Below, piece by piece: positions 11,024 to 20,506 of a stretch of DNA of 64,000 bases. Both the position numbers and the translations under genes were made by a program. Below the pieces are notes generated by a model. The model saw only the letters and a list, made by a program, of their open reading frames with translations, did no database searches and had not been told where the DNA came from. The stretch's first letter is position 1, and every line of letters begins with the position of its first letter. Origin of the DNA: Escherichia coli (GTDB lineage: Bacteria; Pseudomonadota; Gammaproteobacteria; Enterobacterales; Enterobacteriaceae); the NCBI RefSeq assembly GCF_017348835.2, contig NZ_CP071375.1; one strand, 5' to 3'.

Positions 11024-11725
11024 TTAATTACATTCCTTTTTCATCGTTAGAATGGTTTCAGCCATAAGAAAATCATAAATATCATCGATATCAACAGCTC
11101 TTTCCTTCGGAACTTCAACCGAAGTAACATTCCCTGAAAACAATCCAATATTATTCAGAATAAATTCGGGAGTTGAGACATAAACGACGGTAGTAATATC
11201 GAACACATCAGGACAGTCCTGACGTCTTGAGACATCCCCTTCTGGGCTAATTACTAACTCATTCAAGCCATTGCTGTTGATTTTGACCATATTAAAATAT
11301 GGACTACGTGATGCTGGCGTTACTGCGATACAGATATCTGCATCTGTTTGCATGCGTTTAGCAATGGCACGTTCAACATCCTGCACTTCTCGCAATGGAC
11401 TCGTGGCGGGAAGGCTGACAAATTGTCCAAATGCCCCGTAATGCTCAGTTACCCACTCAATAGCATGGCGCCACGCAAACCACTCAGGACTTTTATCACC
11501 AGAAAGTTCATCAGGTCTGTCAATGACAACAACATCTTTTAATTCTAATGCTTTTTGTTTAATGTCTGCGTCATCTGTGGAGACAAATACTTTATCAATT
11601 GATGGGGACAGTTGTGCAATCTCGATTGCATAGTGTAATAAAGGCTTTCCACATAACTCTTTTATGTTCTTCCCTGGCAGGCCTTTAGAGCCTCCGCGAG
11701 CAAATATAAAAGCATAATTTTTCAT
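11024..11725 (-). CDS. legF: CMP-nonulosonic acid synthetase (acylneuraminate cytidylyltransferase family; CMP-legionaminic acid synthetase-like)
   Basis: 233-aa ORF with N-terminus FIFARGGSKGLPGKNI, characteristic of NeuA/LegF cytidylyltransferases. Confidence 0.75.
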   Translation of the reverse strand: MKNYAFIFARGGSKGLPGKNIKELCGKPLLHYAIEIAQLSPSIDKVFVSTDDADIKQKALELKDVVVIDRPDELSGDKSPEWFAWRHAIEWVTEHYGAFGQFVSLPATSPLREVQDVERAIAKRMQTDADICIAVTPASRSPYFNMVKINSNGLNELVISPEGDVSRRQDCPDVFDITTVVYVSTPEFILNNIGLFSGNVTSVEVPKERAVDIDDIYDFLMAETILTMKKECN

Positions 11726-12688
11726 TTATTCTGCCAACTTTTTTATCCGATTAACTAATGCGATGGTTTTAACTGCATCAGTCAATTTGATGCATTGATT
11801 CTCGCGCCCATGTATATAGTTATCAAAATCTTTCAACATATCCAAATACATGGTGTTTTTATCGTATTGCGGTTCATTATAAATCAAACACTCATCTGAT
11901 TTATTAATTAATTTCACTTGATTATTGATCAAATCCCATTCTACCCGTCCATCTGTACCTAAGAAACTACATTTCCTGAACGCTTTTTTCTGTAGAAAAT
12001 CCAAATGAATATTGACAACGATTTCATCTTTTGAAATAGCAATAATATCTGCTATATCTTCAACATCGATATCAAGCACACCGGAATTTCGGACTGTAGC
12101 ATGGAGAACATCTAGCTCGCCAAAAAGCCAGCGTGTATAATCCAATTCATGGCTTAACTCCAGGAGAGCCCCACCACCCAAAGCTTTATTAGCTGAGACA
12201 CTTTCTTTATAGTTTTTACTAACACGCCAGTCCGGGAGATACTGTCCGATCTCGATAAAGGCGTTAAATATTCTGCCTGCTTTCTTCTCTTCTAAAACTC
12301 TTTTTAACGAAAGCGCAGAGGGCAAATAGCGCAAACAATACCCAACAGCGACTACCGAATTAAAACGCATTGATGCATCCAGTAATGCCTCTGCATCAGA
12401 CGTCGATACCGTAACAGGTTTCTCAATTAGAACAGGTATACCGGCTTTAATAAATGGTATGGCATGTCCAGCGTGTAACGTTGCTGGAGATGCTATAATA
12501 GCCATATCAACAATATCTAAGAGTTCATCTATGATATTTACTACCTGATCACAATCACTTATTTCACCATGAATTTTGCGTCCAGAGGCTGACATCGCAT
12601 AAACTTTGATACCGGGATAAACTTTTTTGAGATTGCGACGATGTCTGTCTGCAATATTACCTAATCCAATCACCGCAACTGCTTTCAT
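11726..12688 (-). CDS. ptmF: Gfo/Idh/MocA-family oxidoreductase, PtmF-like
   Basis: 320-aa ORF with N-terminal NAD-binding fold (MKAVAVIGLGNIADRH); sits between ptmE-like and legF-like genes as in Campylobacter-type leg clusters. Confidence 0.65.
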   Translation of the reverse strand: MKAVAVIGLGNIADRHRRNLKKVYPGIKVYAMSASGRKIHGEISDCDQVVNIIDELLDIVDMAIIASPATLHAGHAIPFIKAGIPVLIEKPVTVSTSDAEALLDASMRFNSVVAVGYCLRYLPSALSLKRVLEEKKAGRIFNAFIEIGQYLPDWRVSKNYKESVSANKALGGGALLELSHELDYTRWLFGELDVLHATVRNSGVLDIDVEDIADIIAISKDEIVVNIHLDFLQKKAFRKCSFLGTDGRVEWDLINNQVKLINKSDECLIYNEPQYDKNTMYLDMLKDFDNYIHGRENQCIKLTDAVKTIALVNRIKKLAE

Positions 12689-13746
12689 TAGTCAAAACCT
12701 AGTGTAAAGTAATCTACCTGCGCCCTTTTGAAGTCATCCATTCTACCGATATCCAACCAGTACTCATGTATAGGGAACATAAGGATGTTTTCATTATTAT
12801 CCATATGCTCTTCAAGAAGAGTTGGCATATCAATACGATGATTTTTAGGCACTGCTTTGAAGATTTGTGGTGACACAACATAGATCCCTGCATTGACGAA
12901 AAATCGGTGTACAGGCTTCTCTTCCATCGAGATGATTTTATTTCCATCCCCTTTTATGACGCCATAGGGAATTTGATAATCATATTCGCGTACACACATA
13001 GTTGCGTCAGCTTTGCTTTCTATGTGGAATTTAATCAAACGCTCGTAATCAACATTGGTCAAGACGTCGCCATTTATCATGATGAGAGGATGTTCATCCG
13101 ATAAATCTTCAGGTAACAAACCTAAAGCACCGCCAGTGCCCAGCGGTTTTTCTTCATGTACATAGCGGATTTTTGAATCAAACCGCTCACCATCACCGAA
13201 ATGTTCTTTGATAATCTCAGGCATATAGTGAGTCGAGATATAGAAATTATTAAACCCAGCTTTAACAAAACTGCGAATTACGGTTTCTAATATTGGCTTA
13301 CCACCGATACAAAGCATGGGCTTTGGGCAGGAATCCGTTAATGGTTTTAATCTTGTTCCAAATCCGCCAGCCATGATAAACACAGGGTTAGGATATTTTT
13401 TCTTATTATTTACTGACTGGATAGTCTCCAGACCGATTACTTTACCATCGCGAAGGATAGGAACAGACAAAATCCCTTTTACTTTCATCAGCGTGTTTAA
13501 CTCGGCTGAAGAAACACTACTGGTCGCTGTGACTGGCTGAGTATTCATGACCTGTGAAGTTTTAGCCGAGAGATCCAGATTATTCAGCAATCCCCTTCTG
13601 ATGTCTCCATCAGTGATGACACCTAATAAATTATTTTCATTATCAACAACTAACGCGATACGTAGAGCTTCACGGTTAATAATTTCGAGCGCTTCACGCA
13701 GTGAGCTGTCCGGTCGGATCAGCACATTTTTCCAATGCTGCATCAT
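12688..13746 (-). CDS. ptmE: CBS-domain sugar-phosphate nucleotidyltransferase, PtmE-like (GlcNAc-1-P guanylyltransferase type)
   Basis: 352-aa ORF with N-terminal CBS pair (LLGVITDGDIRR) followed by a nucleotidyltransferase domain (FIMAGGFGTRLKPLT); this architecture is diagnostic of the GDP-GlcNAc route to legionaminic acid. Confidence 0.7.
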   Translation of the reverse strand: MMQHWKNVLIRPDSSLREALEIINREALRIALVVDNENNLLGVITDGDIRRGLLNNLDLSAKTSQVMNTQPVTATSSVSSAELNTLMKVKGILSVPILRDGKVIGLETIQSVNNKKKYPNPVFIMAGGFGTRLKPLTDSCPKPMLCIGGKPILETVIRSFVKAGFNNFYISTHYMPEIIKEHFGDGERFDSKIRYVHEEKPLGTGGALGLLPEDLSDEHPLIMINGDVLTNVDYERLIKFHIESKADATMCVREYDYQIPYGVIKGDGNKIISMEEKPVHRFFVNAGIYVVSPQIFKAVPKNHRIDMPTLLEEHMDNNENILMFPIHEYWLDIGRMDDFKRAQVDYFTLGFD

Positions 13747-13766
13747 GAATTACCTTTTGTAAGACA

Positions 13767-14402
13767 CTATTTGATAACCGATCTTGCCGGATAGCAAACT
13801 TGCCCATTATCTAACGACTGCACTAATACTGCGCCAGCACCCACCATTGAATTACTGCCTAGTATCATCCCAGGGATTATTGTGGAACCTGCCCCCACAA
13901 AAACTGATTCCCCCGTTTTAACCTGCCCGCACAACACCGCACCGGGTCCAATAAAGCTGTGATTTCCTATCTGGCAGTCATGTTCAATAATCGCACGGGT
14001 ATTAATTATTGAATGGCTACCAATTACTACCCCAGGATTGACTATCGTTCCTGACAGAACTTGGGCCCCGTTCATAATATGGGCATGTGCGGAAATTAAT
14101 GCATCTTTAGCAATTACACTGGCAAATTGATATCCATGGCGAAGATAGGATTCCGTAACATTCTTTCTTACCGAAGATCGCGGAACCATACCGATGCCAT
14201 TAACTAATTCAATGTCTTTATTTGAGTACTGAAAAATATCGTCATCAGTGCGGAATACTTTGATTCCAGAAAAAATTGTTCTTGCGGGGACATCATGCGG
14301 ACTCACAACAGCGATAACTTCCCGCATGTTTGAATTCAGAATGTCCAGTAGGACACTGGCATGGCCGCCACCACCAATAAGAACAACAGGTTTGCTATTC
14401 AA
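13767..14402 (-). CDS. legH: Hexapeptide-repeat N-acetyltransferase (LegH/NeuD/PglD family)
   Basis: 211-aa ORF with N-terminal VLIGGGGHASV and C-terminal left-handed beta-helix repeats; overlaps legI start by 8 nt. Confidence 0.7.
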   Translation of the reverse strand: MNSKPVVLIGGGGHASVLLDILNSNMREVIAVVSPHDVPARTIFSGIKVFRTDDDIFQYSNKDIELVNGIGMVPRSSVRKNVTESYLRHGYQFASVIAKDALISAHAHIMNGAQVLSGTIVNPGVVIGSHSIINTRAIIEHDCQIGNHSFIGPGAVLCGQVKTGESVFVGAGSTIIPGMILGSNSMVGAGAVLVQSLDNGQVCYPARSVIK

Positions 14403-15468
14403 TAATCAGATCTCCCGGCAAATATTCTTTTGTTGATATTTTTTCCAGGATATCCCAGTAGCTATAAGGCGACATCCCGTTTCCAGGTCTCTTGATTGTA
14501 ACATTCGACGCGGTAAAAGTTTCCCCCGCTCGAATTTTCTGCGCAGCCACCAGACTTTTTCTCGCAACCGACTTGTTTTTAATTTCTGAAACGGTTGGTG
14601 CTTTGACCTTATTTCCTAGCGCTATTTCTATTTGCCTGATCGCTTTTACCATTGCGGCCAGTTCATCAGGTTCAAGTGAAGCTTTATGATCCGGACCTTC
14701 CATATTTTTATCTAGCGTGAAATGTTTCTCAATAATCACAGCCCCTCTGGCAACGGCTGCTACAGGGATAGCTATCCCCTCGCTGTGATCGGAATAGCCC
14801 GCAGGAAGGTCAAAAGCTTCTCGTAAGGAATCCATTGCTCTCAAGTTAATTTCACCCATTGGCGCAGGATATTCAGTCGTACAGTGAAGAATTGTCACTT
14901 TCTCTTTCAGCAACTTCTGACCTTCACGTGTTGCATAGGCTCTTTCAAAGGCTTCGATACAAGGTTTTTCATCCTTTGAACTGATATATCCGAATGCGAT
15001 AACACCCAAAGCAGCTTCTATTTCAGAAAGAGTGGCCATCCCCGTTGAAACAATAATATCGCAACCTGTTCTGGCATGTTCCAGAACCAACGGTGCATTG
15101 GTGAGCTCACCAGAAGGCAATTTCAAGCGTTTGATTCCAAGATCATTCACCAGGAAATCAAGGCTTTCTGAATCAAAGGCCGTGGAAAGAAATTCTATCC
15201 CCAATGCTTCACAATGCTTAACCAATGCATGATGCGCTTCCCATGACAGTTCAAGACGGCTTAGCATCGCTAGTTGCGATTCCTGTCGTTGAGTATTCGC
15301 CACCTGATAATCGGCTTGCTTTGCCTGTTCGGTCACCAGGTTTTTCGCTTTAAACGTCTGGAACTTAACAATATCAGCCCCGGCCTTATAAGCAGCATCA
15401 ACAAGTTCAAAAGCCAGTTTTTCGTCGCCGTTGTGATTAACACCGGCTTCAGCAATGATAAGCGTCAT
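14395..15468 (-). CDS. legI: Nonulosonic acid synthase (NeuB family; legionaminic acid synthase-like)
   Basis: 357-aa ORF, MTLIIAEAGVNHNGD N-terminus, TIM-barrel NeuB signature and C-terminal antifreeze-like/SAF domain. Confidence 0.85.
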   Translation of the reverse strand: MTLIIAEAGVNHNGDEKLAFELVDAAYKAGADIVKFQTFKAKNLVTEQAKQADYQVANTQRQESQLAMLSRLELSWEAHHALVKHCEALGIEFLSTAFDSESLDFLVNDLGIKRLKLPSGELTNAPLVLEHARTGCDIIVSTGMATLSEIEAALGVIAFGYISSKDEKPCIEAFERAYATREGQKLLKEKVTILHCTTEYPAPMGEINLRAMDSLREAFDLPAGYSDHSEGIAIPVAAVARGAVIIEKHFTLDKNMEGPDHKASLEPDELAAMVKAIRQIEIALGNKVKAPTVSEIKNKSVARKSLVAAQKIRAGETFTASNVTIKRPGNGMSPYSYWDILEKISTKEYLPGDLIIE

Positions 15469-15474
15469 ATAGTT

Positions 15475-16644
15475 TCACTTGATGTCGTAGAACGTCTTGC
15501 CGGGAACAAAATGCATGGACTTAATCATCTCAATGATTTTCGAACTTGCATCACCCTGGCCATAAGGATTCGCAATGTCTTCATCGCGGTTTTTATAACT
15601 GCGCGTAACCGCAATTCTTAATGCCTTCGCAATCGACTCCGTCGTTGCAGGGCAATTCAACACGCTTCGGGCAGCCAACCGGCCTTTTTGCCTTTCGCCA
15701 ATGTTAACGGTAGGAACATCAAACGCAGGAACTTCAATAATCCCGCTGGAGGAATTACCTACCACTGCCGCTGCATACTTCACAGCACTGAGATAGCGCA
15801 CCTGTCCTAAAGAAGGAATCGCCAGCACACGCTCGGGTTGTCTGGCAGCATAGGCTTCGAGCAAGGGAATGATCTTTCTGCCACCATCATCTGCGTTGGG
15901 ATAGGTCAGGATGACCTGATACTCCGGGTACTCATCAAGCGCCGCTAACAACGCGTTAAAACTTGCTTCTGCAGGCTCGTCACCCAGAGTGACAGGATGA
16001 TACGTCACCAGTAAGAATGGTTTTCTAAGCGGGAATTTCAGCGAGACACCTAATTCCTCAACAGACATAAATTGTCCGCGCTTGAGATGATCCAGCCCAA
16101 TTGCGCCAACATTGACTACGCGAGAAGGATCTTCCCCTAGCTGGATAACACGATTCCGATAGGCCTCTGTTGAAGTTCCATGTAAATAACTCAGTTTAGT
16201 AATCGCGTGTCTGATCGCATCGTCGTAGGCACCCTCCGTAATTTCCCCACCATGTAGATGCAGAATGGGAATACGGAGAATCATCGCCGTCTGTGCCGCT
16301 GCAAGAGCTTCAAAACGGTCCCCGAGTATCACTAAAATATCCGGCTTTAATCTGTTCAGGGCATCAGCAAAACCCAATATCCCCAGCCCCATGCTTTTTG
16401 CAGTCCCTACTGCCGTATCCGAAGAAAGCAATATATCAATCTTCTCATCAATTGAAAAACCGTCTTTCTCAATCTGCTGCCAGGTATTTCCAAACTCGGG
16501 CGAGAGATGCATACCACTAACGAGAAGCTGAAGTTCCAGCTCTTTGTCATCCTGGATATCTTTCAACAGCCAGTAGAGCAAGCCATATTCAGCTCGCGTG
16601 CCGGTAAATACCGCAACTTTACGTTTTGCTGACCCCATTACCAT
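15475..16644 (-). CDS. legG: Hydrolysing NDP-sugar 2-epimerase (NeuC/LegG family)
   Basis: 389-aa ORF with NeuC-like N-terminus (KVAVFTGTRAEYGLL); start codon overlaps legC stop by 1 nt (translational coupling). Confidence 0.8.
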   Translation of the reverse strand: MVMGSAKRKVAVFTGTRAEYGLLYWLLKDIQDDKELELQLLVSGMHLSPEFGNTWQQIEKDGFSIDEKIDILLSSDTAVGTAKSMGLGILGFADALNRLKPDILVILGDRFEALAAAQTAMILRIPILHLHGGEITEGAYDDAIRHAITKLSYLHGTSTEAYRNRVIQLGEDPSRVVNVGAIGLDHLKRGQFMSVEELGVSLKFPLRKPFLLVTYHPVTLGDEPAEASFNALLAALDEYPEYQVILTYPNADDGGRKIIPLLEAYAARQPERVLAIPSLGQVRYLSAVKYAAAVVGNSSSGIIEVPAFDVPTVNIGERQKGRLAARSVLNCPATTESIAKALRIAVTRSYKNRDEDIANPYGQGDASSKIIEMIKSMHFVPGKTFYDIK

Positions 16645-17786
16645 TACTCCATTGGAGAGCTAGGTATGTTGATCAGGCGAGCTTCAATCTGTTCAGAGTT
16701 CTTGAGATCATCACGCATTGCATGTTCAAACATTGGCAGACGGTGCATCAATTTCCAGATTGGGCGAACCATTACTTTGGCTTCATTCATTTGTACCAGC
16801 ATTGCATCACGGGCATCCATGTTTTCACAAATGATGGCATTCAGCCAGAAGTTTGACTGAGCATATTCAGGTTCTTTCACGAACCTGAACTCTGACCCGG
16901 CAAAAAATGCCTCATAGCGCTGAGCCAACTCACGTTTTTGTTTCAGGAACGAATCAAGGCGTTCCATCTGCCCACACCCAAGCGCAGCGTTGAGGTTTGG
17001 CATACGATAGTTGAAACCTGGTTCATCATGATAAAACTCGTAGGGATGCGGTACTTTTGCTGTCGTAGTGACATGTTTCGCACGAACACCCGCTTCTGAC
17101 GAGCGACAGAGGACCATTCCGCCACCACCGGTCGTAATAATTTTATTGCCGTTAAAGCTTAACGCTCCATAGTCACCGAGCGTACCGGTGTGTTTACCCT
17201 TGTAGAAAGAGCCCAGACTTTCAGCCGCATCTTCAACAAGAACGATGTGCCACTTCTGGCAAACGGTAATAAGCTCATCCAGCTCAACCGGATGACCAAA
17301 GGTATGCATAGGCACCACAGCACGTACAACCTGCCGTGTTTTACGGTGCACACATCCTTTTTCTGTCAGCTCGGTATTTTCAGATAACCAATTATCAAGT
17401 GCGACCGGGCACAGCCCCATACTCACCGGAGAGACATCGGTAAACACCGGCTCAGCTCCCAGATGATAAAGCGCATTGCAGGTTGCAATGAAGGTCAGTG
17501 CCTGAGTGATAACAAGATCACCTCGCTTAACACCTGCCAGGTATAACGCTGCGCTTAACGCGGCTGTTCCGTTAACCGTTGCAACCGCTCTCGCCGTTCC
17601 GGTGTAAGATTCCATTTTACGTTCGAAATCATCGACATATTTACCGACGCTCGACACGAAAGTACTGTCCAGAGTATCCAGAACATATTTTTTTTCGTTG
17701 CCATTAAACACTGGCGCATGCAAAGGAATAAATTCATCCGTTTTGTATACGTCGCGAACAAATTCGATAATTGATTTGATATTCAT
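16644..17786 (-). CDS. legC: PLP-dependent aminotransferase, DegT/DnrJ/EryC1 family (LegC-like)
   Basis: 380-aa ORF of the sugar-aminotransferase family; placed between dehydratase and 2-epimerase genes. Confidence 0.8.
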   Translation of the reverse strand: MNIKSIIEFVRDVYKTDEFIPLHAPVFNGNEKKYVLDTLDSTFVSSVGKYVDDFERKMESYTGTARAVATVNGTAALSAALYLAGVKRGDLVITQALTFIATCNALYHLGAEPVFTDVSPVSMGLCPVALDNWLSENTELTEKGCVHRKTRQVVRAVVPMHTFGHPVELDELITVCQKWHIVLVEDAAESLGSFYKGKHTGTLGDYGALSFNGNKIITTGGGGMVLCRSSEAGVRAKHVTTTAKVPHPYEFYHDEPGFNYRMPNLNAALGCGQMERLDSFLKQKRELAQRYEAFFAGSEFRFVKEPEYAQSNFWLNAIICENMDARDAMLVQMNEAKVMVRPIWKLMHRLPMFEHAMRDDLKNSEQIEARLINIPSSPME

Positions 17787-17801
17787 TCGGGGATGCCTTG
17801 C

Positions 17802-19016
17802 TTACATTTTGCTGTCGAGGTATTTACCTGTTTCTTTATGTCTGAAGTCAGGGATCATTTCAAAAAACAGTTTTACAATATCGTCTTTATTCCATTCCAG
17901 AGATGCTTTCATCTCTTCGATACGTTCTTCAAAGTGGGCCAGAAGCGCAGGGTCATATAAAGGTTCATTCTTGATAATGCCCAGATTGTTAAAACGCTCC
18001 ATATCAAGCGTTTCATTATCGGTGAAGAACTCCTCGAAATCTTTCTCACCTGTCGTATCACTTGAGGTAAACAAACATGGCCATTTACCTTGTGCTGGCA
18101 GGGTTTTAGCAAGCTCACGAGCTTCGTCTTCGGTTTCACAAAGATGAGGCTCATAACCACGTTGCTTAAGGTAGAGAACCGCAATATCGGCAAAAGAAAT
18201 GAGGTGTAATGCTTCACTCAGTTTCGGGAAGAAGATGTCACGATTATCACCAAAAATACATGACATCAGACAGAGCTCACCTGATTCCTGAGGGGTGACG
18301 AAATAACGCTTGATATCATTCGGTGCAACCAGGGGTTGCTGCTTGTGGAGGCGTTGATTGAACCCATGCAGAAGGGAGCCATCAGAAAAGGCTACGTTCG
18401 CGAAACGTGCAGTAGAGATGGCGATTTGTTCACTTTTACGCATCAGGAACATTTCCATAATACGCTTAGAAGCGCCCATCATATTTACCGGATTCGCGGC
18501 CTTGTCGGTCGATACGCAGAAGAATTTCTTAACGCCAGCAGCAATAGACTGCTCAATGGTTTTGTCAGTATTGAGAATATTGACTTCAATCATGCGCATC
18601 AGGGTAAACGGATCTTTCTCACTGCGAACATGTTTCAGGGCAGATAAATTCAGAACGTAATCATATTTACCGTCAGCTTTGATAAAAGCGTCGTATTCTA
18701 CAGAGCCGATATCAAGCGCGAACGTCTGGAAATCACCAGCAATATAACCGAAGGAACTGCGTATATCACGAACCAACTCAACCATGTTGTTTTCGCTAAT
18801 ATCGACAACATGCAGTTTCTGAGGATTGCGTTTAAATATTTCTTTTACAACAGCCTGACCAATAGAGCCAGCACCGCCAAGTACAAGGAAGCGTGATTCG
18901 GAAACGATTTTTTTTAATTCTTTTTCATTTTCAGAAACATCATCACTGAATAATTCTTTATTACGCCCAATCAATTGGAGGATATTATACATTTCGAGAT
19001 CCAGTTTGTTACTCAT
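17802..19016 (-). CDS. legB: NDP-GlcNAc 4,6-dehydratase, extended SDR (LegB-like)
   Basis: 404-aa ORF with Rossmann motif VLGGAGSIGQAV; first gene after the JUMPstart/ops element, i.e. promoter-proximal gene of the O-antigen operon. Confidence 0.7.
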   Translation of the reverse strand: MSNKLDLEMYNILQLIGRNKELFSDDVSENEKELKKIVSESRFLVLGGAGSIGQAVVKEIFKRNPQKLHVVDISENNMVELVRDIRSSFGYIAGDFQTFALDIGSVEYDAFIKADGKYDYVLNLSALKHVRSEKDPFTLMRMIEVNILNTDKTIEQSIAAGVKKFFCVSTDKAANPVNMMGASKRIMEMFLMRKSEQIAISTARFANVAFSDGSLLHGFNQRLHKQQPLVAPNDIKRYFVTPQESGELCLMSCIFGDNRDIFFPKLSEALHLISFADIAVLYLKQRGYEPHLCETEDEARELAKTLPAQGKWPCLFTSSDTTGEKDFEEFFTDNETLDMERFNNLGIIKNEPLYDPALLAHFEERIEEMKASLEWNKDDIVKLFFEMIPDFRHKETGKYLDSKM

Positions 19017-19143
19017 TATATTCAGGTCAAAACGGCTTCAGTCAAAAAAAATTTCGTGGCTGCAATCGTTTCATATATATTGACATTCTTAAAAAACCGG
19101 GGGAAACCTTCGGTTTTAATTAGCATCAAGCCAGAAAATTGAT

Positions 19144-19182
19144 ACGCTACCGCCCCTGGCTTAACAGCTACCAGTGCACTGC
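19144..19182 (-). promoter_or_regulatory. JUMPstart element with ops motif (RfaH-dependent antitermination site) upstream of the O-antigen operon
   Basis: Plus strand reads acgctaccgcccctggcttaacagctaccagtgcactg; the reverse complement contains GGCGGTAGCGT (ops) within the 39-bp JUMPstart consensus, in the galF-to-first-O-antigen-gene spacer. Confidence 0.75.
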
Positions 19183-19438
19183 GAACTTTCATAGACGTGT
19201 TGAACTCTGCTTTCAGTCGCAAAGCCTCTAAACTCAAACACTAATTGTCTTACCATTCGGTGTCAGAAACAAGAAGAAATACTACAAAATCCAGTTCAAA
19301 ATTTTGTAGCTAACTCAATGAAAACAAACACCTTTCAGCAAAAACGGCAGAAACATTCTTTTCTTACCGGCATCACTGCCTCGAATGTTAACTGCTGTTT
19401 ATAGATTTTTAATCAATCAAACTGGCTAATTTGTGGTC

Positions 19439-20332
19439 TTACTCACTAAGCAATTTTTCAATGCTTTTCCGGAATTTCGGCCCTTCTTTCAGGTTACGCA
19501 ATCCGTACTTAACAAACGCCTGCATGTATCCCATTTTTTTACCGCAGTCGTAGCTGTCTCCAGTCATCAGCATGGCATCAACGGACTGTTTTTTCGCCAG
19601 TTCGGCAATGGCATCAGTCAGCTGAATACGTCCCCATGCACCTGGTTGAGTGCGTTCTAGTTCCGGCCAAATATCGGCAGAAAGCACATAGCGACCAACG
19701 GCCATGATGTCTGAGTCCAGCGTCTGCGGCTGATCCGGTTTTTCGATAAATTCGACGATGCGACTGACTTTACCTTCACGGTCCAGCGGCTCTTTGGTCT
19801 GGATGACCGAGTATTCAGAGAGGTCACCCGGCATACGTTTTGCCAGCACCTGACTGCGGCCCGTTTCATTGAAACGTGCAATCATGGCAGCAAGGTTGTA
19901 ACGCAGCGGGTCGGCGCTGGCGTCGTCGATCACAACGTCTGGCAGCACCACGACAAATGGATTGTCACCAATGGCAGGTCGTGCACATAAAATGGAGTGG
20001 CCCAAACCTAAAGGTTCGCCCTGACGCACGTTCATAATGGTCACGCCCGGCGGACAGATGGACTGCACTTCCGCAAGCAGTTGACGCTTTACGCGCTGTT
20101 CAAGGAGAGATTCTAATTCATAAGAGGTGTCGAAGTGGTTTTCGACCGCGTTCTTGGACGCGTGAGTTACCAGGAGGATTTCTTTGATCCCTGCAGCCAC
20201 AATCTCGTCAACAATGTACTGAATCATTGGCTTGTCGACGATCGGTAGCATCTCTTTGGGAATCGCCTTAGTGGCAGGCAACATATGCATCCCAAGACCC
20301 GCTACAGGAATAACTGCTTTTAAATTCGTCAT
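19439..20332 (-). CDS. galF: GalF, UTP-glucose-1-phosphate uridylyltransferase regulatory subunit
   Basis: Protein [14 protein letters not shown]... recognised as GalF; the ORF track starts 4 codons upstream (20344). Flanks the O-antigen cluster as in E. coli. Confidence 0.9.
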   Translation of the reverse strand: MTNLKAVIPVAGLGMHMLPATKAIPKEMLPIVDKPMIQYIVDEIVAAGIKEILLVTHASKNAVENHFDTSYELESLLEQRVKRQLLAEVQSICPPGVTIMNVRQGEPLGLGHSILCARPAIGDNPFVVVLPDVVIDDASADPLRYNLAAMIARFNETGRSQVLAKRMPGDLSEYSVIQTKEPLDREGKVSRIVEFIEKPDQPQTLDSDIMAVGRYVLSADIWPELERTQPGAWGRIQLTDAIAELAKKQSVDAMLMTGDSYDCGKKMGYMQAFVKYGLRNLKEGPKFRKSIEKLLSE

Positions 20333-20506
20333 TATTTCATCCACCTGTAAAATGGTTGCTGAATTATAGCTTGTTCGATTTTTTTCGCCAGCATCAATTA
20401 CCCTGAATTGATTACTGAATTACTTGTGATGTTACGCCGCTTCGTTGTGGATTGCAGTAGCATTGTTCCTAAGTATGGCTCCATTTTTCCAGGAATGGTC
20501 GCAAAT

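Noticed and set aside
17698-18147. 149-aa plus-strand ORF
   Set aside because: Antisense to the legB-like gene; Ser-rich low-complexity translation.
19022-19237. 71-aa minus-strand ORF in the galF to O-antigen spacer
   Set aside because: It overlaps the JUMPstart/ops element and operon leader; no RBS context or recognisable protein features. Treated as non-coding leader.
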